DNA of 63,786 bases, filler included, from Octopus bimaculoides (GCF_001194135.2; 7 parts of 6 records of this genome joined end to end with filler, not necessarily neighbours in it), one strand, 5' to 3'. Numbered from the whole stretch's first letter, positions 25,921 to 40,054 are shown. The notes: a model not told the origin generated them from the letters alone. Numbers and translations are program-made.

Positions 25921-27035
25921 GAATATTCTATAATGTAGACATGCGTAAATACTTATATCTATGAATCTATGAATCTATGAATCTATGTACACATGTCGGT
26001 ATCTTTGTATAGTAGCATGTTGATATGTTGATATTCGGGATGTTAAGATATTAAATGTCGAGAACTGATAGACGCTAAGATAAAACTGGCATTCTATGAC
26101 CTTAGAACAAAATTTTTATTAAATCTTTCGTCACTTAAATTTCAGTAGTATTTCACTTGTTAACTCGGGAGGAAAAAAAATTTTTGAGTGCAGAAATCTG
26201 GCGGCAAGTCTGCCGAAAGCATGAAGCACTCGGTTAAGTGTATAATTACACGACAAAAACACCATCACCTTCACCACCACCACCACCACCGTTTAGAGAA
26301 CTTACCCTTGCTGAAGGCTGATAGAACCGCAATGTACCGATTTTGTTCAGTTTTTTTTTTTAACTCAAAAGAGAATTATTTCTTAAACCTGATCTACATC
26401 GACGTCAAATTATTATACAGATGTATATCAACAATATGTCACTGCTAGCAGGAGTGGACATATAATAGATGCTTATTTATGTACACATATATATTGAAAC
26501 TTATGTTTATACACACTCCCACGTGCGTATATCTTCACATCTATATGTACGTGCATATGCGTATGTGCGTGTGCATGAGTATGTGTGTATAATAACAACA
26601 ATGTATGCGCATGTATTTATGCATATATATATGTATATGCATATTATGCATGTATATGTAAATTACGTAAATGTGTTTAAATTTATACATACATCAATAT
26701 ATGTTATTCATATGCATACATGTATATATTTTGCATGTATACATCGTTATCCTAGCCCTCATCGTCGTCCAACCTCCAGGTTTTCACAGGGGTTTCACTA
26801 GTCCCTGCTGCCCTTCTGGAAGACTTGGAGAAATAGATCTCCACCTTACGATGTACGTTTGAACAGGTGGATACACTTCCTATAAACCACCCCTCTACAG
26901 TGTATGTATGTGTGTATATATATGCACACAAATATACACATGCACATACATATATACACGCATATATATGGGTATTCAAGTACGTATGAATGTCTGTATG
27001 TATATGCATGTGTGCATGTATGTATTAGTGACTTA

Positions 27036-27074
<39 letters not shown>

Positions 27075-28197
27075 NNNNNNNNNNNNNNNNNNNNNNNNNN
27101 NNNNNNNNNNNNNNNNNNNNNNNNNNNNNNNNNNNNNNNNNNNNNNNNNNNNNNNNNNNNNNNNNNNNNNNNNNNNNNNNNNNNNNNNNNNNNNNNNNNN
27201 NNNNNNNNNNNNNNNNNNNNNNNNNNNNNNNNNNNNNNNNNNNNNNNNNNNNNNNNNNNNNNNNNNNNNNNNNNNNNNNNNNNNNNNNNNNNNNNNNNNN
27301 NNNNNNNNNNNNNNNNNNNNNNNNNNNNNNNNNNNNNNNNNNNNNNNNNNNNNNNNNNNNNNNNNNNNNNNNNNNNNNNNNNNNNNNNNNNNNNNNNNNN
27401 NNNNNNNNNNNNNNNNNNNNNNNNNNNNNNNNNNNNNNNNNNNNNNNNNNNNNNNNNNNNNNNNNNNNNNNNNNNNNNNNNNNNNNNNNNNNNNNNNNNN
27501 NNNNNNNNNNNNNNNNNNNNNNNNNNNNNNNNNNNNNNNNNNNNNNNNNNNNNNNNNNNNNNNNNNNNNNNNNNNNNNNNNNNNNNNNNNNNNNNNNNNN
27601 NNNNNNNNNNNNNNNNNNNNNNNNNNNNNNNNNNNNNNNNNNNNNNNNNNNNNNNNNNNNNNNNNNNNNNNNNNNNNNNNNNNNNNNNNNNNNNTATATA
27701 TATATATATATATATATATCAACGCCCATGGTAGACGACAGCATTTTTTGGGTGACAACAAAATAGAAAGGAAAGAAAAAAAGAAAATAAGCCGGATATC
27801 TCAGAAAAAATCAAGACCTCAACAATATCAACTTATGATAAAGTATATGATATTCAATATCTGACATAATGTATTATATATTTCCCGAAATAGATTCGTC
27901 TCTGTTCTGTTGCCTAAATATTATATTCCATGGTTAATAAGCTTGTCAGGATAATTTGATGATAATAAGATGAAAGAGAAAGTCATTAACGTAGTTATAG
28001 ATAAGCGAGGGGGGAGGGGGCGGATATAACTTTTGGACGTTTAAACCTAGTTGAAGTGAAACTATTTTGTGAGTGATATCTCAGTACTGCTCAGTATTTA
28101 CATACGTACCATTATATCATGTATGCATATTATGATTGACCGTTGACTGAACACTATTCAATTTTTTTTCTCCGTGTTTTTCTCCTTGTCTCCGTAT

Positions 28198-28234
28198 TCT
28201 TTCTGTTGAAGAGCGTAGCTCGAAACGTCAAAGA
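28198..28234 (+). ncRNA. Minimal hammerhead-like motif (core CUGUUGA variant)
   Basis: tcttt-CTGTTGA-a-gagc-gta-gctc-GAAA-cg-TC-aaaga; stems I and II pair and the cleavage triplet is GUC. Confidence 0.55.
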
Positions 28235-28612
28235 CTTTCCGTATTCCCGAGCGTCATACTAATATATACTTTTGTTATTTACACCACCTGTCCTCGTCTG
28301 TTGTTATTATTTGTATATTCTCCCATGCATATATGGTGGTTGTCTACTCTTTATGCAAAGTCTGACCACCTCCTCTACCTGCACCTAAGATCCATCATGA
28401 CATCCGATGTGGCTTTTTAAACCAGATAATGTATGTATGTATGTATGGATGGATGGATGGATGTATGCATGTATGTGTGTGTATGTGTGTATGTGTGTAT
28501 GTATGCATGTATGTTTGTATGTATGTATGTATGTATGTACATACATTTTTATTTGTTTCACTCACTGGACGCTCCAGGGTCGAAGGTTTATTTGATCAAA
28601 TCAGCATCACTA

Positions 28613-28651
<39 letters not shown>

Positions 28652-29582
28652 GCGTGCGCGTGTGTATGTACATATGTATATACGTATATGTGTATGTATC
28701 CTTCCTTTCCTCACGTGACCGTCTTTCTTTCTGCACGAACGTTCTAAGAACTGGACGTCTTCTATCTCTCTCTTCTATAATTTCTCTTTTCAAAGAAAAT
28801 ATTTCTCTCAGCGTTCATTATTTTCCTCTTGTTCTGGTCTAATGACGCTCCATGTTTGTTTTCGTTCCGTTCCCTTCTAATTCTCCACTGTCCTATTTTT
28901 GTTCCCAACTTTGAACCTCCATAAAATCCAAAATTTAATTTTGGAAGTTATGGGAGCAATTGTCTTCGAAGACACATATTGTTGTTGAATTCTCGAAATG
29001 AGGAGTAGATAGACAAATGGATCAGACCACTTAAGGAGGGTCTATAAAGACTGTGATGCAACGAGTCTCTCTAGAGATTACGAGTACAATAAAATGTTAA
29101 ATCTACGTACTTCGTTCAGCTCAAATTTGAAGGAAATTACATTTAGTGAATACAGACTGATAGGCACATATACGGAAAATACACACACGCACTCTCTCTC
29201 TCTCTCTCTCGCTCTCTCTCACGCGCGCGCGCGCGCACTCTCTCACACACACACACACACGGACACACACACACGCACGCACTCACACACATTATACACA
29301 CAGATATATATACATACATATTTGTACACACACACACGCACTCACACGCATATACACACAGAGATATATGTACATATATACATATATATNNNNNNNNNNN
29401 NNNNNNNNNNNNNNNNNNNNNNNNNNNNNNNNNNNNNNNNNNNNNNNNNNNNNNNNNNNNNNNNNNNNNNNNNNNNNNNNNNNNNNNNNNNNNNNNNNNN
29501 NNNNNNNNNNNNNNNNNNNNNNNNNNNNNNNNNNNNNNNNNNNNNNNNNNNNNNNNNNNNNNNNNNNNNNNNNNNNNNNNNN

Positions 29583-29630
<48 letters not shown>

Positions 29631-29844
29631 TTTGCAGGTGTGCGCATGTATATATTACGTGTGTATGGATAGATAGCTGCATTTAAAATCCAAACAGTTC
29701 TTGACCCACATTACAGTTTCTTAAGTGTAGATGGTTATCATCGTCGACAATAGACGAGAGCTGGCATTCTGACAAAACAAGCAAGTCCGGATTTCCCAAA
29801 ATAAGGATATTTTTACAACTGCATGTGCGTGTGTAGGAGTGTGT

Positions 29845-29952
<108 letters not shown>

Positions 29953-30310
29953 GTGTGCGTATCTGTTTGTGACTGTGTTGTATAATAATGTCTATACATT
30001 TCTCAGTTGAGTATATATACAGGACTGACTAAAAGCCGCTCACAATGCCTTGGCCCAGTGAGAACAGATATGTTTAGTTACAAGAAGTAATACATTTTAT
30101 TCATATCCTCATGCACACACACACACACTCACACACACACACATACGCACACAAACACACACACACACACACACATACCATCTCTGTCTCTATATATATG
30201 TGTGTATGTGTGTAAGTTTGGTCGAGCATGCAGATGTGTATAATGGTACGGTCATACACGAAGACGTTGACATATTTTATGCTGAGACGTATATATAAAT
30301 ATTTTGTTAA

Positions 30311-30383
<73 letters not shown>

Positions 30384-30674
30384 ATACTCGTATTTGTTAT
30401 AATTTTACTAATGAGGTATAAATGTTAAAGTATATACATATGTGCTTCACAGTGTGGGTGTGTATACATGAACGCATACACAGTAAAAATGTAAACAATC
30501 TTTCTGAGAAATTTATGAGAAATTCAGGTGGAACCAAGTAACGCCTAAATGCATAAATGTACCGATTCTCTGTCAGTTCTTACTTGATTCCCTCAGCATT
30601 AAGATGGTGTTACCAAAAGCACTTGATATTTATCGGAAGCTTTCTCAGTATAGATAGATAGACACTTTAGATAG

Positions 30675-30745
<71 letters not shown>

Positions 30746-30746
<1 letters not shown>

Positions 30747-30919
30747 CACAGATGGCAAAAAGAGAAACGATCATGCAATCCAGCGAGAAAAGTATTTAAA
30801 ATAACCGTTAATAGATATGAATGTATAAACTCCCTCGGAAAAGCTGCATGGCGCGAGTACACTCGCTCATACAAGCATCCGCTGGATTGTGTGTTCGTTT
30901 CTCTTTTTGCCATCTGTGA
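30746..30919. repeat. Small fold-back element (40-bp arms, 3 mismatches)
   Basis: tcacagatggcaaaaagagaaacga...aatccagcg at 30746-30785 is mirrored at 30880-30919. Confidence 0.82.
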
Positions 30920-31483
30920 CAAGCCGCGTCCTGATAGAACTGTAGAACTCGATGAGGACGTCCTGCAAACCCAGATGGAACAAAATCCCACCGTAACTGT
31001 TGAGGAATTATCAGAAATGCTTGGATTTGGTAATTTAACTCGTCATTCACGTTAGCACTAGAAGAAAATCGACCATCTTTGGTTTCATGACGAACGGTGT
31101 TCTTCCATCAGGATAATGCTCAGCCACATACAGAGAGGATGACATTCCAAAGGCTGGAGCAGTTTGAATGGGAAACGATGCTCCAGCCACCATATTCGCC
31201 AGACTTTGCCCCATCTGATTATCATTTATTCCGCAGCGTTCAAAATCCCCTGGACTGAAAAATATGAATTTTGTAGACGAGGTCAGAACAGTAATGGAGG
31301 AATATTTTACGTCATGGACAAGTGAATTTTGGAAGACGGACGATGTAAATCGATCAGATAAATGGAAGAGCATTTTAGAAAATGAAGGAGTATATTTTAA
31401 ATTTAAAAAAAAAACTTTGTTTATCTTAATTTTGAAAAATAAAAGAAGTATAAAAAAGCCGTATTATTTATGGGAAGACCCAG
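30920..31483 (+). mobile_element. mariner (DD34D-type) transposase remnant, internally deleted, with right TIR
   Basis: VELDEDVL...NPTVTVEELSEMLG (HTH), FHQDNAQPH, PPYSPDFAPSDYHLF and W..NEGVYF; ends gaagacccag|TA. Confidence 0.88.
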
Positions 31484-31524
31484 TATATATTTTCAGATAT
31501 TACAATATCTGAAACAACATTTAA

Positions 31525-31690
31525 GGCGACGAGCTGGCAGAATCGGTAGCACGCTGAACAAAATGCATAGCGGTATTTTGTCCGTCTTCATGTTGTGAGT
31601 TCAAATTCCACCTAGATCGACTTTACCTTTTAGGGTCGATAAAATAAACAGCTCTCCCAAAATTGCTGACCTTGTGCTAAAAGTTGAAAG
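31525..31690 (+). mobile_element. SINE family D (internally deleted)
   Basis: ggcgacgagctggcagaatcg...gagttcaaattcc...gctgaccttgtgctaaaagttgaaa. Confidence 0.85.
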
Positions 31691-31732
31691 CAATATTATA
31701 ACATATGTGTGTGTGTGTGTATACATACATAC

Positions 31733-31765
<33 letters not shown>

Positions 31766-31823
31766 AATGTATGTATATGTGTGCATGTGTGCATGCGTGC
31801 GTGTGTGTGTACATGTGTACACA

Positions 31824-31867
<44 letters not shown>

Positions 31868-32913
31868 GTACATGCATGCATACATCTTTAAGTATCTCTG
31901 CGCGTTTGCATGTGTGCGCACATATGCATGGGTGTATTTTGGGAAAGAAAGAAAGAAAGAAAGAAAAAAGAAAAAAAGAAAGAAACGAATATGTTTGACG
32001 GGTGAAACTTTCAATGGAGTGAAATTTTCTTTAAGGCAATTTCTGATTTCTTTCGTCTTCATTAATCCGTCGTATATCCACCCTCAGATAAAAATAGATT
32101 CACTTTCTTCTAGGCAAATATATTGTAAATATTTATATCTTCATCGAATTATGCTAAAATATAATTGTTCTGAATATGTGGGGGAGTTCTTTTCTGCATT
32201 TGAAACGTCATTGGAATTTTTTTTATTGAGGTATTGACTTAAATATTTTCGGCACATTTGATTTATAGAAGTTTTTATTTTCCTATAATAGAAAAGATAG
32301 ATCTTCTCACGCTATTTCAAGTTTGTATACAGGCAACGGTTTTTGTTATTACGCGCTATAAAGACAAATATATATATATATATATATATANNNNNNNNNN
32401 NNNNNNNNNNNNNNNNNNNNNNNNNNNNNNNNNNNNNNNNNNNNNNNNNNNNNNNNNNNNNNNNNNNNNNNNNNNNNNNNNNNNNNNNNNNNNNNNNNNN
32501 NNNNNNNNNNNNNNNNNNNNNNNNNNNNNNNNNNNNNNNNNNNNNNNNNNNNNNNNNNNNNNNNNNNNNNNNNNNNNNNNNNNNNNNNNNNNNNNNNNNN
32601 NNNNNNNNNNNNNNNNNNNNNNNNNNNNNNNNNNNNNNNNNNNNNNNNNNNNNNNNNNNNNNNNNNNNNNNNNNNNNNNNNNNNNNNNNNNNNNNNNNNN
32701 NNNNNNNNNNNNNNNNNNNNNNNNNNNNNNNNNNNNNNNNNNNNNNNNNNNNNNNNNNNNNNNNNNNNNNNNNNNNNNNNNNNNNNNNNNNNNNNNNNNN
32801 NNNNNNNNNNNNNNNNNNNNNNNNNNNNNNNNNNNNNNNNNNNNNNNNNNNNNNNNNNNNNNNNNNNNNNNNNNNNNNNNNNNNNNNNNNNNNNNNNNNN
32901 NNNNNNNNNNNNN

Positions 32914-32963
<50 letters not shown>

Positions 32964-33465
32964 TCACAACTATATGTATACAGGTATACATACATAGATA
33001 CATATACATAAATATCTACAGTAAATGTATATATATGCATGTGCTTATTTATGTATTTATATATGTATATATCTGTATGTATATATGTGTGTGCGTGTGT
33101 GTGTGTGTTTGTGTGTGTTAAGCTGTATTGGTCCAAGTCAGCTGCCTGTCTCTTGAATAAACATCGGTGGCGTGGAGAGGGGAAACTTGCATTTATTTGC
33201 AACTGCTAATCTTATGCAAAAATTCTTGCATACATCTGCACTTACATGAGCAGATGTATGGTCAACCCTGACCGATATAGGTTTACCTCTATGTAGACAG
33301 ATATACAAGCAGATGAATATAAAAGCATAGCTATTACAGAAAATAGCGAAATTACTGCATTTTGCTAACAACTTATGTTCCTCCTATGTTTCCTTTACTC
33401 TAATGTATGATCGTATTTTCACTCAGAATATTTAATCAACTACAGAGTAATCCACTCAGAAGATG

Positions 33466-33816
33466 CCGTATTTATTCGTGTATAAATTGCACCCCTTATT
33501 TAGTGTTAAATTTTGGTGGTAATTTTTTTCCCTTCGTGGTTTTAACTTTATCCCGTGTATAAGTCGCACCCCAGTTTTTTTTTCCGTTAAAATCAAGTAT
33601 AAAATAATGTAACTTATACTTAGATAACGACCGTATATTTAAATGAATGCGGGGGATGATTTGATTGACTAAACCCCTTAAGGCGGTGCCCCAGCAGGGC
33701 CACAGTCCAATGACTGAAACAAGTAAAAGATAAAAGACATGGGCCTCCATTTGCCCCACGTCGCTTTAACGTATTCAATATATTCAAATATGCCGTATGT
33801 ACACGAGTAAATACGG
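33466..33816. mobile_element. Tc2-like (TcMar) MITE with a nested SINE C 3' fragment (33652-33737)
   Basis: TIRs ccgtatttattcgtgtata and tacacgagtaaatacgg|TA, and an internal gtataagtcgcacccc. Confidence 0.5.
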
Positions 33817-33824
33817 TATATTTA

Positions 33825-34160
33825 AACAGAGCAAATCTTATAAAGACAAAGATCGACAAAACTCAATTAGACAGCAAATGTAGAATTTGCTAACACCAAA
33901 TGTAGGTTTGGGGGAAAGGAGTCGAGAGTAACAATCACCTTATGAATGAGTGCAGTATGCTAGCACTAAAAGAGTATAAGCGTAGACATGACTGTGTAGG
34001 CAAAAGGGTGCACTGGGATGTTAGCCAAGAGTTTAGCTTCAAAACAATGGAAAAGTGATAAGAATACGAACCAAAGGCTGTGATAGAAAATGAGAATTAC
34101 AAGATCTTGTGGAACTTCGATATATAGACTGACTATACTATTGAGGCAAATAGTCCAGAA
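33825..34160 (+). mobile_element. R4/Dong-like LINE, CCHC/REL-proximal fragment
   Basis: KTKIDKTQLDSKCRIC...ECSMLALKEYKRRHD.VGKRVHWD...ENENYKILWNFDI*TD. Confidence 0.78.
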
Positions 34161-34506
34161 TTTTATGGAGGACAAACTAGTTTATTTCGAAAGACATCTA
34201 AGTGGAATCCACACGTTGAAATCAATTTCATGCAAAAGTATCGTAAGAATTGTCGCGTGTACTAGGACGCACTGGGCCGGTACTCGGTTTCTTCGGCATA
34301 TTATTGACCAAAATCAAAATGAACGGGACGCCAGTTCATTGCCGGATTACTCACAGCCGTCTCAATGATTCTTTATTTCTCATTGCGCGCACGCGTGGGT
34401 GTATCTATAGCGTTCCTTTACTCATTGCCTGCCACCAAATATGTGGACTCATTCTCGACCCCTTATTTTAATTCTTTCTCTCCCCCCCTCTCTCTCTCTC
34501 TCTATC

Positions 34507-34541
<35 letters not shown>

Positions 34542-34751
34542 NNNNNNNNNNNNNNNNNNNNNNNNNNNNNNNNNNNNNNNNNNNNNNNNNNNNNNNNNNN
34601 NNNNNNNNNNNNNNNNNNNNNNNNNNNNNNNNNNNNNNNNNNNNNNNNNNNNNNNNNNNNNNNNNNNNNNNNNNNNNNNNNNNNNNNNNNNNNNNNNNNN
34701 NNNNNNNNNNNNNNNNNNNNNNNNNNNNNNNNNNNNNNNNNNNNNNNNNNN

Positions 34752-34885
34752 AAACTGTTAGTCAGAGTTTCATGTCCCCGTTCGTCGGACAGTTTTGCTT
34801 AGATTCTAAACAAAACTGTCCGACGAACGGGGACGTGAAACTCTGAGTAACAGTTTTTGTGATATTTGTGCTGCCTTTTAATAAA

Positions 34886-34890
<5 letters not shown>
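34752..34890. ncRNA. Palindromic pair of hammerhead-like motifs (core CCGACGA) in a repeat with a TA-microsatellite tail
   Basis: 46-bp arms at 34752-34797 and 34811-34856 with 2 mismatches. Plus-strand fold: aaaactgt-CCGACGA-acg-ggga-cgt-GAAA-ctctgag-TA-acagtttt. Confidence 0.65.
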
Positions 34891-34919
<29 letters not shown>

Positions 34920-35559
34920 TAGAGATCACAGAAAAGGTCTAGTAAAGCGACAGATGACTCATGACTTGTAGAGAATCGTTAGGAAATGCTTTTCAATGTA
35001 AATTGCTTAGTATAGGAGAGGAATGTAGGTAGGACAAGATGAATTGTGTTTACAAATATTACGAGATGTCTTGTGTAAAACTGCCACGAAACTCGCCAAT
35101 AATGTTAGCCAAAAAAACTAAGATAAATAAGATATATTGTAATAAAATAACATTCAGCATTATATCATGGTTGATTGTCACGTAAACAGGATTAGAGATA
35201 TTGTAATCTATTGCTGCTTAGGTTACACTTGTATTTAATTTGCTTATGACTTACAGTCATGTATATACACTAGCAATGGACGTATAATAAAACTAATGGG
35301 AAACATTCTGGGTGAAATACTGCAAATAATTGACGGATGCATCACAGCAGTTGCATGATAGAGGTTAGTCTCTGGTTAGAATCGCTCGCCAATGCTGCCC
35401 CCTCTCTTCCGTTTTATGTCAATCGATGACCGGGTTTAAATTTCAGATCTGAAAACGTTTCGTTTGAAAGGTCGTACATAAAGTGAATAAAACATACACT
35501 ATATTTTTCCCCTATTTAGCAGACAACAAAATATCAAACATGCCACGATATTGATGATG

Positions 35560-35613
<54 letters not shown>

Positions 35614-35643
35614 GTAGTAGTAGTCGTAGTAGTAATGATGATG

Positions 35644-36172
<529 letters not shown>

Positions 36173-36186
36173 AAAAAAAATATTCA

Positions 36187-36595
36187 GCTGTCCTCTTAAA
36201 GTCGTGTAAACAAGAATTAGCAGGACCACTCCGGATACCCTTCCAGAGTTTCCTTGCAAATGGTAAACTTCCCAAAAAGCTGAAGGAAGGCACCATATGT
36301 CCTATCCATAAAGGTGGAAGCAGAGCAGAGGCTGGGAACTACAGGCCCATCTCTCTGACTTCACATATTAGCAAAGTCATGGAACGAATTGTCAGAAGGA
36401 GATTGATTGCGTTCCTAGAAGAAAATGACTTGCTGAATGAGACCCAGCATGGTTTCCGTCCAGGTAGAAGCTGCCTCACGCAGCTCTTGCAGCATTATGA
36501 CTGGGTCCTGAAGGAGCTACTTGACCATTCAAATGTTGATGTGATATATCTCGACTTTGCAAAAGCCTTTGACAAAGTTGATCATGGCTTGATAT
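36187..36595 (+). mobile_element. CR1-group LINE RT fragment (same family as 10505-11900)
   Basis: PIHKGG...NYRPISLTSHISKVMER...QHGFRPGRSCLTQLL...VIYLDFAKAFDKVDH; cut by a gap. Confidence 0.92.
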
Positions 36596-36760
36596 NNNNN
36601 NNNNNNNNNNNNNNNNNNNNNNNNNNNNNNNNNNNNNNNTTAATTAATTAANNNNNNNNNNNNNNNNNNNNNNNNNNNNNNNNNNNNNNNNNNNNTGTGT
36701 CTGTGTCTGTGTCTGTGTGAGTGTGTGTGTGTTTGTGTGTGTGCATGCATGTATAATATA

Positions 36761-36841
<81 letters not shown>

Positions 36842-36900
36842 ATTAATATTTCTAAGTCTATATATATATATATATATACATACATATATGTATGTATTCT

Positions 36901-36960
36901 TTTATTCTTTTACTTGTTCCAGTCATCTGACTGCGGCCATGCTGGAGCACCGCCTTTAGG
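36901..36960 (-). mobile_element. SINE family C 3' end
   Basis: Reverse complement of aaggcggtgctccagcatggccgcagtc...gaacaagtaaaag. Confidence 0.75.
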
Positions 36961-37371
36961 GGCTTTTATTTTTTTAAGCCTAATAACTCACTCGAACACG
37001 GTATTGACTTATAAAGCGTTTAATAGACTTTGTAATATATTGCGGGTGCATATCAAAATGTGTTCCCACAAGTGATTAACACATCGCACCCTGTACATGA
37101 CTGCTAATTTGTACGTAGATACAGGACTATAGCTGTAAAGACTGTAACATGTCCATAAAAATAAGAAGGGTCAAGTGATATTGTTAAAAGTTACCGAAAA
37201 CGTGCTCAGTTTGAGGGTCTCTTATAAAAGCTTTCAAACATGTGGAACGGTGGGTAGCTTTGAAGAGAAGCATGTGATTAGTTACATCTCAGAAATGGGT
37301 TGTTTACCGTGAAGAGAAGTAGGATTGTTTATGAAGATAATTATATATGAAGTTAATATTTGCAGTGGAAA

Positions 37372-37590
37372 GTCAGCGAGCCGTCAGAATCGTTAGCACG
37401 CCGGACAAAATGCTTAGCGGCACTTCGTCCGTGTTTACGTTCTGAGTTCAAATTCCGCCGAAGTTGACGTTGCTTTTCATCCTGTCGAGGTCCATAAAAT
37501 AAGTAACAGTCAAGTAGTGGGGTCGATGTAATCGACTTACGCTCCCCTCGCCCTCCGGAATTGCTGGCCTTCTGCCAAACTTTGAAACTA
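37372..37590 (+). mobile_element. SINE family D, near full length
   Basis: cagaatcgttagcacgccggacaaaatgcttagcgg...gagttcaaattccgccg...ggggtcgatgtaatcgact...ccaaactttgaaac. Confidence 0.88.
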
Positions 37591-39776
37591 ATATTTGCAG
37601 TGGGTTGTTATTAAGTTGAAATAAAGAAAAGATTGCGATATTAAATAATACTTTATATAAAAGAAGCCAGTTAGACAGATTGCTAGAAGGTAAAAGTGAA
37701 TGAAATCCGAAGAACCTATTCTACAACTTTTAGAGGCAAAGTGTTGGAATATAAAGATAATAAACATAGCTATCAGATAGAAGATCGCTTTCAAGCTAAT
37801 CAGTGCCGTGTCGCTGCTTCAGAGTAAATTAACAACTAAATTAGTTCTGGAAAAGTAAAATGATAGTTTATTGACAAGAACGTTATTTTGCTGTTTAGAT
37901 ATATGTCGTACTCTCCTATGGTATAAATTTGCTAGTTTGCATCTGAGGAATTTATTGGCAACTCTTGTTTAATCTAACGTAATGGAAGTCAGGTGTATGA
38001 GCTTTAGTGTGGATTATGAAAGATTTATGAAAGTAGTGTATTTCTCATGCTAAACCACTCCTATTTTCTGTTAGGAACTTATGACAGCTTAGTGTATCCA
38101 AGCTTTTGAAAGATTTATGTTTAGCTATAAAAATTGCTGATGTTTATTAAGAGGGTTTAAGATGAAGGACAGACTCTGAGAAGAATCAGAAAAATGAAGT
38201 TGAAACGGTTTTAATAACTGAAGTAGGCTTTAACCGAAGTAAGAACTTCCTGTTTGATTTTATAAGGTGTGTTGCTTGCTTCTTTTATGAACCATATATA
38301 TCTCGACAAATTTGTCCGTTCTTTTTATTTTCATTTGGGTTGTTGAACGAATGGATGTGCCGATAAAATCAACTTTTAAATATTCGTATTATACAGGACT
38401 AAGTTTGACATAGGCGATAGTGCAATATAATTGTATTGTTAGGGATAGAAGTGGATACATTTAAGCTTCTTAGTAATATAGATGTTGCCATGTTGGGTAG
38501 AAAACCGAGACCGGTTAGTAGAGCAGATATATATTCAAACTTGTTAGTGGAGTATATAGATTGGTATGTTTTCATTATTTGAATCTAAATTATACATTTA
38601 AGACTATCACAAATGCTTCAGTCAGTGTCAACTATATCCATATATGAAATGCAACACTACATTAAAATACATAAATACACATTATTGTATAAATGCTCAT
38701 ACATATACACACGCACACACGCATGCTCTCACGCATGCGTACACATACACACACATATATACGTATACATAAAAAGAGGGGCGGAGGAAGGGAGCGAAAT
38801 GGAAATTATTTTCGACTAGTTTTCTTTTCTACAAACAAATGCAGTTTTATTTATCTTAGAAAATGCTTTCAATTTGATTCGGTGAGAATGCTTTATACCT
38901 TAACAGAAGTTAAAGAGATATTGTGGCTTTCGTGCCACATTCATTTACGTGAATAACTTTTTACAGAAAATGTTCTCTCAATTCAGTCATGCGTTGAACG
39001 AAGGTATTATTCATGGAAATCACTATTTAATTATGTGGTTTCTGGAAACAGTAATTTTTCTGCTAGCACTGAATTCGCGAATTTCGCTTCTAATAGAACC
39101 TCATAGGCTGCAGGTGGAAAATGTAAGTAATGGCTATTGTATATCTTTAGACAATAAGGTTTGTATCTATTCATCATAAGTTGCAAGAAATTATATTATA
39201 ACGTTTTCTGAGTTTAATGGACAATTTCTTAGTCACAACCATTCCGATTGCTTAAGGAAACTCAAAATATCTTTACACGAATCTACAGGTTAAATTCCAT
39301 TGGAATAAGGATAAAAACGCTATACACAAAAGCTAAAATTATCTATGTACATAGAGAGGAATTCCTCGATCATGAGTTATACTTATGCACCAGATGTATC
39401 CGGCCAGTTTTCTAAAGTATATCATGAGATTTTATAGAAGTTTAACTGATTATACAATAGATTAAACCGTAGGTTTGTAAATACAAAATTCCGTGGGCTT
39501 ACTCGTTCAAACAGTTACGTAAAACATAGTTACAACTTTCGTTAACTGGTCAATGTCTATCGGAGATTTAGCTCCCTTATTCGGGTTCCTTGTATTTTCT
39601 TTCATTATTTATTACAATTCTATATCGCTATTTGTTTCCAATGAGTTAATCACAGCACCTATAGGTCAAACTCAGAATAGCAGCGTGTGTGTATATATAG
39701 AGAGAGAATTATTTGGATAATGAAAACATAAATGCTAATGGCGAAGCTAGTCCGGAAAGAGCGGAAGCCAAGCTGT

Positions 39777-39827
39777 CTTAACTGATGAGGCAACGGAAAT
39801 CGCCGAAACTGATGCGTCAGTAGTAAG
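39777..39827 (+). ncRNA. Type I hammerhead ribozyme with intact core
   Basis: cttaa-CTGATGA-ggc[aacggaaatc]gcc-GAAA-ctga[tgcg]tcag-TA-gtaag. All conserved core nucleotides are present with a GUA site; stem I has one mismatch next to the site. Confidence 0.75.
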
Positions 39828-40054
39828 TATTCTCGATCGGTACTTTTCCGACGATTATGGTCCCTGTTAGTCTATATGTTTTCACATATGTGCGTTAACT
39901 ACAGCAATAGATCGATTTAGCTCTTTTTTCTAGCAATCTAGGTGTTTCCTAACACCCTAGTCACATTCAGTGACATTTATAATTCTCATTTTTAGTGAAA
40001 CATTACAAAATACTGTTTATATTCGTTTTATATACAGACATTAACGAATCGTCA

